20,000 nt of DNA from the IMG/VR virus record IMGVR_UViG_3300045789_000880; one strand, given 5' to 3'. Below are positions 1 to 7,946 of the stretch, piece after piece; positions within the stretch are counted from its first letter, which is position 1; each line of letters begins with the position of its first letter. The position numbers and the translations under genes were made by a program. The DNA comes from an uncultured virus (IMG/VR IMGVR_UViG_3300045789_000880). Lineage: Duplodnaviria; Heunggongvirae; Uroviricota; Caudoviricetes. The notes under the pieces were generated by a model, which ran no database searches, was not told the origin of the DNA, and was given only the letters and a program-made list of their open reading frames with translations.

Positions 1-57
1 TCGAGTTCTGTAAAATGGTGTGTACACGATGTACATTTTGTTAGGATTCACTTTCAT
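1..57 (-). CDS. 5' part of the next operon gene (MKVNPNKMYIVYTPFYRTR...), runs off the window
   Basis: ATG at 57-55 directly abuts the helicase stop (TAGATG); 19 open codons to the window edge. Confidence 0.6.
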   Translation of the reverse strand, partial: MKVNPNKMYIVYTPFYRTR

Positions 58-3000
58 CTATTTCAAAGCAATTTGTAGTTGATTAATTAATTCATCGATA
101 GACGCGATTTGAGCGATGGTATCTTCATAGAAAACACGACCTAAATCTTGAGCGGTGTACTTTCCGAATACAAATTCTGCATTCCCATCTTCGTGTAGAT
201 TATTCAACATAAAATAACCCATTGCCTCAATTGCTTCGTGCAATGGTTGATCTCTCACTTCTTCAATAATGGCATTAAAATCATCTTTAATTCCTGTCTG
301 AAGTATAGTTGTTTTCCAATCTTGATAAGGCTCTTCTACGTTCTTAAAAATGGGAATCAAAGAGTAATTATATTTTTCCTTATCCGTTAAGGGACGGTTG
401 TAAATCACAAGACCAAACTCATACTCAGCAGTTGGTTCTTCATAGCTTACAAAACCAATCGTAGGATTGCTACCCTGGCCATACGGACGACCTAATTGGT
501 ACTTAAAGTTTCCTTTTTTCTGTTTGGTCTGTGCTTTCCAATCGGTTTCATTTTCAATTTCCCAATCTTCCAACTCACGCGCTTTGCCCATATACTGCAC
601 TTGAAAAGCATCCAATCGATTTAGAAACGGTTGCAAGTTTTCCAAATGTAATGCGCCAGTCATATCGCCAGCATTTTGCACAAAGTCTGGCAATTCATCT
701 TGTGATTGACCAGGTTCTCGCCTTAATAACGAACGTAGCTTTTCGTCAATTACCGCTGGGTATAAATCCTTTTTGTCTAAATAGACTTGATAGTAATTAT
801 CACTTATTCGCTTTGCGCGAAAACTTAGCTTGTGATCCGCAAAGAAGTCGTCTAAATCCAATTTGCTGATAATTGGATACGCTTCAGAAACTGGAAGCAA
901 TGCCGAATCTGCTTCGCCTTCTTTACCAAAGTCTCTATGCAATAGAATACCATTCTTGATGGTTCCTTCTTTCGTATTATATTTTATAAGCTTGTTTTGT
1001 GTCCCAATCTGACCTGAAGCACCTACAATGTTTTCGGTTAAAATATGACGACGTTCGCGTTTTGAAGATGCTTTTTTAATGAGTTCGTTCCATTCCAAAT
1101 TAACCATCTGCACATCAGCATCAGTAATGACGCGACTCTCGGTAAACACTTGGCTAATGAAACTTTGTTCGGCAGGCTGTAAACTGTAGGTTAAAATCTT
1201 ACGGGAATCCGTAACACCAAATTTTAAACTGATATTACTCAACGTATATGGGTTCTTTCCAGACTTCCCAACGCTCACACCTAAGAAGATTCCCCAAGAT
1301 GGCTTGATCGTTGTTCCAATAAATGGAACACGAATCACATCGCCAATATTCCACATATTGATATACCGCAGTATAATACTTTGAATATTTTCTAAACCAG
1401 CAATATAAGTAGCCAATTGAGAAGTTTTCTGAGTGATAAGAGCTTCGAGCTTGTTCCAATCCGAAAGAATCTTCTCATTCTCTTCTTCAGTTTCTCCGCT
1501 ACCTCGCTGTGGTAATACTTCGCGATCTTCCTTTAGCTTTTCAATGACTTTAAAGCGCTTTGCTTTTCGGTCTTCAAGCAATTTTGGATAGGCTTCATTG
1601 ATTTGATCTTCTAATTTCAAACGTACTTGAACTGGCTTTTCGCCATCGAGTGCATCTTGAATACGCTCATCAATATCCTGTTTTGTAAAGGGTCGTTTCA
1701 GATTATTGACGATGGTAATGTCTCGAACGGTATCTTTTCCAAAAGGCGTGCGCCCGCCTTGACCTTTTTGAAACAGGAAACGCTTTTTTACTTCGGCATC
1801 AAGTGGTAAGAATTCAGTTTCCAGGTCATACGTTCCTTGTTGTTTTTCTAATTTAATTTGATGGTCATATCGTTCTAATAAATCATCGTACAACGCGTCT
1901 TGATCTTCCACTTTTAATAGTCCAGCTCTTCCTGTCAATTGACGGATAGCACCTTCTTTAAAACCATTACGCTCATAAGAAATGAAGCCTCGTTTATCGG
2001 TTTTCTTTTGATAGGTAGGATAACCCAATTGTTCCATCATCTCTTGGTTTTCATCCACCCAATTCCAAGCAGCGATGTCTCCGTATTTATTTAGAAAGTC
2101 GGCACTTTTTAAAGTGTCATCATTGGTCTTTTGTGAGCCTGTGGTATTGGCATCCAGCGATTTTAATTTCGCTTTAAGCATTGTCATTAAACGCTTTTCG
2201 GTCGGAATATCACTTGTGATGTAATAATACTCTGGTAAGTTCACTTGACCAGTACGATTGATACGACCTCGTTTTTGAACTTCCGTATTGATATCCAATT
2301 CAAACTGATGCACTATCATTGCACGCTGACGTTGATCTTTAAAATCTTTACTGGCGTGCGCAGAAGATCCTGTACTACCACTTTGATTAATAAGCAGCAC
2401 ATCATAATCACCACTATTAAACATTCTAAAAGAGCGTTCTGTATTACTTCGGAAAGATTCTACAACCGCTTCATCGTCTGTTAAATCAATACGTTGATTA
2501 CGACCTGTGACTTCGGCTACTTTAAAGAACATATCGGAATGACCGCCTAAATGTTTGGGTTTCTTCTCGGTTTGTAATAAATGGATTAACTCGTCAATAG
2601 GCGAAATAGAAAGTCCAGAACTTTCTAATAACATTCGTTTTTTGATGTCGTTGTATTTCTCAATTCCATTTTGAGGCAGTTCTTCCAACTGGATGCGTTC
2701 TCTGGTTTTTTCGCCATCAATCGCCACATAGTTATAGTTGAAGATTCCGTCGAGTCCTTTAACCAAAGTTCTAACAAAGTCCAGTTGTTCTTTAGGAATG
2801 ACATCGCCACTAACCAAATTCAAATCCTTTAGAAACGCACCCATTGTGGACTTGAATGCGATGACTACTTTTTTGTCTTCCTTCAGTAATTTGATAGTAT
2901 GTTTAACTACATCTTTCACCTTTAACGCAAATAACATTTGGTCAATGATGTTAAACACACGAGAGAAGTATGGCGATTGTTTTACGCCAAGTCCTCTTGG

Positions 3001-4317
3001 TTTAGAAGACATATGCTCACCTTGCGCTTTCGCGGAAGCGTGAACATCTGCCAATAGTGGCGCAACAAATTCCTGCTCAAAAGCCACCACATCATTCATT
3101 AAACTAATGATGCGATTGACGCTCTCACGACTTTTACTGCGTTGTGGTTCGGCATCCAGTGTTATGTAATCTACATTGATACCTTCGTTGGAACGCTGTC
3201 GTCTGATGAGCTGACCGCTTTCTGAAAGATTTGAAGCTACAATTTCTTGTAGCGCCAATCCACCACTGGTCATTGAACCTACAAAATTCGAGTCGGTCAA
3301 TCCAGTTTCGGCAATGGCGGTTTTCTTTGCGTAGAAAGGCATCACTTCTGGATATTTGGCAAAGGTGGCACTCAAAAAGCAACAGGCTTTAGTTTGCGGT
3401 AAGACTTCGCGCATCCAGGTACCGATGATGGAATCGAAACCACCAGCCATATGCGACTCGTCGAGAATGAAGATGAGCTTCTTGTATTTCTTACTTCCGT
3501 CGATTCCATTGTTTACCATTTTCTCAATCCACATTCGTTTGTAGGGATGTGCAGATTGCACTTGAGAATAGGTCGCAAAAATCATATCATAACCCAACGG
3601 TAAATGGTCGAGTGTCAATGGAATTTTAATCGTTGGTGTTTTGTCAGGATCAGGTAGTTTCTTCCCAATCTTCTTGTGATATTCAATAGATTCTGGACTC
3701 TCGGTTGGGAATTCAATTTCGTTTGAAATCAAATCAGCTTGAGCAGAACTACTGAGTGGACTAAACACCACATTACCATCTGCATCTTTGATTTTAGCAT
3801 TGGTATCTGTGTTGACTATAAATGGCCTGATATTTTCAAAACCTATTGCTTTTAAATCACGATACATATCGGTAAACAAGTCCGGTTTTTTGGTAAAAAA
3901 GACAGGAATATAATCGTTCATAACTGCGTGTCGTATCACCGCAGCAGCCTGCCGACCTTTGCCTATTCCTGTCTGATCTGCTATAATTATGCCTTGCTCA
4001 TTCTCAAATTGCTTGAGATACAAACCAACCGCATCCACTTGTTCTGCACCCAATCCACTCCACAGTTGCTTGGTGGATTTATACTTTAATTGATTGCGGA
4101 CATAGTTGTCAATATTGCCTTTTGACTTCACAATACTATTGAGGGACTTTTGAACCTCAAAAGCCATATTACGAGGAATAAGCGTATTCATTCGGTATGG
4201 TGCTTTTGACTTTGGGACGTATTCCACTAAAGCACTTTCTTGCGTGGCAAGTTTTGCGACCTCTTCGGCATCTTGCTTAAAATCTGCCTGTTCTATTTCT
4301 AATTCTTGATTACTCAT
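58..4317 (-). CDS. Strawberry-notch-family SF2 helicase (AAA_34 / Helicase_C_4-like), 1419 aa, with a DarA C-terminal-like domain
   Basis: Walker A DQTGIGKGRQ, Walker B DESH, motif III SAT, SGSTGSSAHA, motif VI QKRGRINRTGQ, and EKRLMTMLKAKLKSLDANT typical of strawberry-notch C-terminal domains. Confidence 0.9.
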   Translation of the reverse strand: MSNQELEIEQADFKQDAEEVAKLATQESALVEYVPKSKAPYRMNTLIPRNMAFEVQKSLNSIVKSKGNIDNYVRNQLKYKSTKQLWSGLGAEQVDAVGLYLKQFENEQGIIIADQTGIGKGRQAAAVIRHAVMNDYIPVFFTKKPDLFTDMYRDLKAIGFENIRPFIVNTDTNAKIKDADGNVVFSPLSSSAQADLISNEIEFPTESPESIEYHKKIGKKLPDPDKTPTIKIPLTLDHLPLGYDMIFATYSQVQSAHPYKRMWIEKMVNNGIDGSKKYKKLIFILDESHMAGGFDSIIGTWMREVLPQTKACCFLSATFAKYPEVMPFYAKKTAIAETGLTDSNFVGSMTSGGLALQEIVASNLSESGQLIRRQRSNEGINVDYITLDAEPQRSKSRESVNRIISLMNDVVAFEQEFVAPLLADVHASAKAQGEHMSSKPRGLGVKQSPYFSRVFNIIDQMLFALKVKDVVKHTIKLLKEDKKVVIAFKSTMGAFLKDLNLVSGDVIPKEQLDFVRTLVKGLDGIFNYNYVAIDGEKTRERIQLEELPQNGIEKYNDIKKRMLLESSGLSISPIDELIHLLQTEKKPKHLGGHSDMFFKVAEVTGRNQRIDLTDDEAVVESFRSNTERSFRMFNSGDYDVLLINQSGSTGSSAHASKDFKDQRQRAMIVHQFELDINTEVQKRGRINRTGQVNLPEYYYITSDIPTEKRLMTMLKAKLKSLDANTTGSQKTNDDTLKSADFLNKYGDIAAWNWVDENQEMMEQLGYPTYQKKTDKRGFISYERNGFKEGAIRQLTGRAGLLKVEDQDALYDDLLERYDHQIKLEKQQGTYDLETEFLPLDAEVKKRFLFQKGQGGRTPFGKDTVRDITIVNNLKRPFTKQDIDERIQDALDGEKPVQVRLKLEDQINEAYPKLLEDRKAKRFKVIEKLKEDREVLPQRGSGETEEENEKILSDWNKLEALITQKTSQLATYIAGLENIQSIILRYINMWNIGDVIRVPFIGTTIKPSWGIFLGVSVGKSGKNPYTLSNISLKFGVTDSRKILTYSLQPAEQSFISQVFTESRVITDADVQMVNLEWNELIKKASSKRERRHILTENIVGASGQIGTQNKLIKYNTKEGTIKNGILLHRDFGKEGEADSALLPVSEAYPIISKLDLDDFFADHKLSFRAKRISDNYYQVYLDKKDLYPAVIDEKLRSLLRREPGQSQDELPDFVQNAGDMTGALHLENLQPFLNRLDAFQVQYMGKARELEDWEIENETDWKAQTKQKKGNFKYQLGRPYGQGSNPTIGFVSYEEPTAEYEFGLVIYNRPLTDKEKYNYSLIPIFKNVEEPYQDWKTTILQTGIKDDFNAIIEEVRDQPLHEAIEAMGYFMLNNLHEDGNAEFVFGKYTAQDLGRVFYEDTIAQIASIDELINQLQIALK

Positions 4318-4735
4318 TCTTGTGTTGTGCTAAAGCCTCTAAATAGGTTCGTAGTGTAATTTCAGAATACAACTGAATGGCTTCTTCTTTATCCATTCCG
4401 CTTCCATAAAGCAATGAATCTTGAGGTGCAGTTTCATCCAGTTTATCCCAACTTTCTTTGAGTGTCCAAAGTGCGAGTTGCATCTTGTCTGTATTGGCAA
4501 GAAAGTCTGCGATTTCTGCTACCGATTTCCCTTCGGTATAGACCAACTCAAGATAATCCTCAATAAGAGCAATTGGGTTTTCACCTTTCGCGAAAGCGTG
4601 TTCCACAAGTTGATGTAATTGAATGTAAAGCGCTGCTTCGTGATCTTCATAGCGTTCAAAAGGTTTTGTATTTGTGACCATAAAGAGTTTTGTACTCGTG
4701 TCGTTAGGCATTAATTGATTATTGAAATAGATCAT
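4310..4735 (-). CDS. Hypothetical acidic helical protein, 141 aa, translationally coupled between the MTase and the helicase
   Basis: ATGA overlap with the MTase stop (4732-4735) and an 8-bp overlap with the helicase start (4310-4317). Confidence 0.75.
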   Translation of the reverse strand: MIYFNNQLMPNDTSTKLFMVTNTKPFERYEDHEAALYIQLHQLVEHAFAKGENPIALIEDYLELVYTEGKSVAEIADFLANTDKMQLALWTLKESWDKLDETAPQDSLLYGSGMDKEEAIQLYSEITLRTYLEALAQHKNE

Positions 4736-7476
4736 TTTGTTCGTGCAGTTTGAAGCTGTTTTATAATGGTTTCGATATTTGGTTTGATGTGCGATTTGGT
4801 TTGTTTCCAGAGATCTTCAAAGGTTTCTACCATATTTTCTAAATGTGGTTGTTCGCTCTTATTTGGTGCTACTCCAGAAGGTTTCGATTTACGACCACCA
4901 ATGAGAATGAGCATCGTTTTTGTAACAGCACCTTGCTTGTTGTAGAGCTTGTAACTGTTCATATTGATAACATCGTCCACTTTGTAATGACGATACAACC
5001 AATTAAAAAACGGACGGTATTTTGCAAAGAGACCATCGTCTCCAAAATAGACGTGACCCATTATGATGATTGCTGCCTTGCCATCATCTTTCATCGTGTA
5101 AAGCGCCAATCCAGCCATCAAGTGCTCCAAGCGAATATGGTTTGCCAATCCACGATGCTTATTAAAATATTTCTGAATGATGCGCTCTTTATCAAACTTA
5201 GAATCCTCCCAACTCGCAAAAGGCGGATTGGTCACAACCACATCGTGAACTTTGTGCATCATTTCTGGAAAAGGTTGTGCTGCGTTATCTGATGTAATAC
5301 GACCAAAACCTTGATGCTCTAAAGATTGCTTTCGGCTTTTGTCAATCTCGTTGACGTGTGTGATTCTTGGATTTGCTCCTACGAGTAGCAAACCATTTCC
5401 AGCACTCGGTTCAAAAATGAACTCGGCTTTATCCATTTTGGTGTATTGAGCGATGATCGCTCCGATGGGACAAGGCGTGGAATACTGTTTGTAGAGTTCT
5501 TTACTACTATCAGAATACGCATAAGTAGGTTGTACTTTATTCCAAAACAATACCATCTTTTTGAGTCGTGCTTCAAAAGGGATAGGTTCTCTATAGAGCA
5601 TTTTATACCACAATAACCAGCTCAATTCCACTGCTTCCCAAAGTGCGCCCATTGTAGGTGCATTGGTTTCTGCTCTAAGCTTTTCAATCTTCTTTTTTGA
5701 TAGGCGTTCCGCTTTCGCGAAAGAGGTATGCATAATAGCGATGACCTTATCTAAATAGTCGTTGGGTTCTTGATGTTTTTCTTTTTTAGGTTTGGGTTCT
5801 GGACGTGATTCTTCAATCTCTAAATCCTTGTTCATATAATCCTGAATGACCAGTTTGGATCTTTCCAATCGGCTGATTTCCCATTCAATATCATTGAAAG
5901 CTTCTTTGGATTGCTTATCGGTTTTTGGTTTTTTAGTTTTTGGGTTGACTAATTCTAATTTCTTTTCAACCAATTCCATTAATAAGGAATCCATAATCAC
6001 AATTCCCTTTGCCAAATCTGCAATGGGTCTGGAATGTTCCACCGCAGACCACCATTGATGCCTGTCGTCGTAAGCACCTATTTGAGAAGCCAAAGTTGAG
6101 ACGCTTTTGTAGCCAGTGTGAACGTTCACATAGGGATAATCTAAATCTGTCGGATAGCCAATTTCCTCAAACGCCTCACGACCGCGACTTTCCCACTCAC
6201 GAAGTACGGTTGAACGATTTACATTAATTCCATAATCATTAGGATGAGCCATTTGTGAGAGGCGGAATAAATCTAATCCAGAAGCTTCCTCAATAGTCTC
6301 ATCTGTGATGTTGTAGAGTCGCTTAAACTTCATTCTCATAAAGTTGGCGTCACTCAAATTAAGTCCGCCAGACTGAAATGGTTCGCCAGCTTTGGTTGGG
6401 ACTAAAACATTAGGAACGATATGATCGCGATTAAAAATATCTTTTGAAACGGATAAAGTTTCAGCAACCTCTTCTTTGAGATGGAATAGAGGTAAGTCGA
6501 GCGATTGATTCAAGCGATTGATTTCCATTAACGCCATTGTTCGCGATGAGAAAGTCAAATCAAAAATCCAATCCTTAAAGTTTTGTAGGGCTTTTAAAAG
6601 TTCGTTTTTAAAACGTAGGTTACTGGATTGTTCCTGCGCATCCTCTAAATCTAAAATGGTAGTGGATATAATAGTTTCATCTTCGCCTTGAAGAGTCTCT
6701 TCTAAAGTCACAAGTTTGCTAATCACTTCTCTTAAAATCTCACGAGTAGAAATCTTCCGTTCTTTATCAGTTTTGTAACCAGACTCATTTTCTGTAGCAA
6801 CTTCCTCAAGAGGTTCTTCGATTTTAGTTTTGCTATCTTCTATAGGGAGTTCGTTTTCTATTTTAACTTGCTCTTCTCTATTTGTTGTCTCAACAGTTGT
6901 TTCGTCTTGAGTTTTGCTATCCTCTATAGGAAGGTCGTTTTCTACTTCCTTAGCAAGTTCGTTGTCTATTTCCGTTTTCTCATCGACTTTAAAACGATTT
7001 ATGATTTGCCCTTTGTCATATATAATGCGGGCTTTGCGCTTATAGTTTCTGGGAGACACTTCGACGTTTTGCAAATCGTCTCCATATTTGGTAATGGCAT
7101 ATCGAGTGGCAATTTGCATAGCGACCTTCTTATAGGGATCGAATAACACATACTCGTCCTTCTCGGCTTTTTCTTTGCCTCGATAGGAAATCGTTACAAA
7201 ACTGAATTTGCTTTTATCAATGTTTTCTAAGGAAGGTTGAAACGATGGATACATCGAAACCGTTTTCCAATCGCCGCCACGAGAAAACGCATCTCTTAAG
7301 GAAGTAGCAAAACTTTTGTAGGCTGGATGCGCATCTGCATACCAGGTATTTTTCTTCTTTAAAACCTCGCGAAAGCCCAATTCTAATAGGAAGGTCGAAA
7401 ACTCATTGGGTAGGTTTTCACTGAATAGCAATTCTATTGCGTTTTTCTCTTCGTTCTCTGTAATCGTTACCTGCAT
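4732..7476 (-). CDS. Multidomain protein, 914 aa, with a C-terminal SAM-dependent N6-adenine/N4-cytosine DNA methyltransferase domain
   Basis: KQYSTP, motif I FEPSAGNG, VNEID and motif IV NPPF (5218-5229); about 650 aa of unassigned N-terminal sequence including an acidic linker. Confidence 0.85.
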   Translation of the reverse strand: MQVTITENEEKNAIELLFSENLPNEFSTFLLELGFREVLKKKNTWYADAHPAYKSFATSLRDAFSRGGDWKTVSMYPSFQPSLENIDKSKFSFVTISYRGKEKAEKDEYVLFDPYKKVAMQIATRYAITKYGDDLQNVEVSPRNYKRKARIIYDKGQIINRFKVDEKTEIDNELAKEVENDLPIEDSKTQDETTVETTNREEQVKIENELPIEDSKTKIEEPLEEVATENESGYKTDKERKISTREILREVISKLVTLEETLQGEDETIISTTILDLEDAQEQSSNLRFKNELLKALQNFKDWIFDLTFSSRTMALMEINRLNQSLDLPLFHLKEEVAETLSVSKDIFNRDHIVPNVLVPTKAGEPFQSGGLNLSDANFMRMKFKRLYNITDETIEEASGLDLFRLSQMAHPNDYGINVNRSTVLREWESRGREAFEEIGYPTDLDYPYVNVHTGYKSVSTLASQIGAYDDRHQWWSAVEHSRPIADLAKGIVIMDSLLMELVEKKLELVNPKTKKPKTDKQSKEAFNDIEWEISRLERSKLVIQDYMNKDLEIEESRPEPKPKKEKHQEPNDYLDKVIAIMHTSFAKAERLSKKKIEKLRAETNAPTMGALWEAVELSWLLWYKMLYREPIPFEARLKKMVLFWNKVQPTYAYSDSSKELYKQYSTPCPIGAIIAQYTKMDKAEFIFEPSAGNGLLLVGANPRITHVNEIDKSRKQSLEHQGFGRITSDNAAQPFPEMMHKVHDVVVTNPPFASWEDSKFDKERIIQKYFNKHRGLANHIRLEHLMAGLALYTMKDDGKAAIIIMGHVYFGDDGLFAKYRPFFNWLYRHYKVDDVINMNSYKLYNKQGAVTKTMLILIGGRKSKPSGVAPNKSEQPHLENMVETFEDLWKQTKSHIKPNIETIIKQLQTARTK
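6826..6944 (+). repeat. Two 35-bp direct repeats 84 bp apart encoding EN[DE]LPIEDSKT in the MTase acidic linker
   Basis: 6826-6860 agttttgctatcttctatagggagttcgttttcta versus 6910-6944 agttttgctatcctctataggaaggtcgttttcta. Confidence 0.85.
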
Positions 7477-7803
7477 CTTTATCGGGAATAGAAAAACTCA
7501 TCGCTATAGGAAGCTCGTTTTCTCTTTGATTTAGGATAAATATAGATTTGAGAGGCGGGCGATTGACCTTACGGAAATGTACTTCGGTACGTTGGGATTA
7601 TTTTGAAATTACGCTGAAATGGGTAATCCTAGGAAAGGCAAGGGTTCTGAATTTATGGGTGGGATAAATTAGTAAGATTATAGCGGTACTTGATGGAATT
7701 CCTTATTAGAAATTGTTGATAAGGGTTGATAAGTCCTAGTGATAAGCTTTTGAGCAAAATTGAATTTTGGCTATTTTTAGAATGAATAATAAACTAGATA
7801 GTT

Positions 7804-7935
7804 ATGGGCATTAAAACAGGACCTAAAAGAATCGCAAAATCTACTGGAAAACCAGATAGACGACAAAGAGACAATAAAAGCACACCAGGAAACACTCCTT
7901 CCTTAAAACCACATAAGCATAAGAAAGGAGATTAA
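7804..7935 (+). CDS. Small basic protein, 43 aa (MGIKTGPKRIAKSTGKPDRRQRDNKSTPGNTPSLKPHKHKKGD); below the ORF-track cutoff
   Basis: ATG 7804 to TAA 7935 after an A/T-rich leader; fills the gap and ends 11 bp from the convergent GT stop; strongly K/R/P/G-biased. Confidence 0.65.
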   Translation: MGIKTGPKRIAKSTGKPDRRQRDNKSTPGNTPSLKPHKHKKGD

Positions 7936-7946
7936 TTCTGTAATCA

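Noticed and set aside
4732..7476. Classical type I/II/III restriction-modification system
   Set aside because: No recognisable endonuclease or specificity subunit; the partner helicase is strawberry-notch type, not HsdR/Res.
6826..7523. CRISPR array
   Set aside because: Repeats are few, irregularly spaced and mostly in coding sequence; no cas genes.
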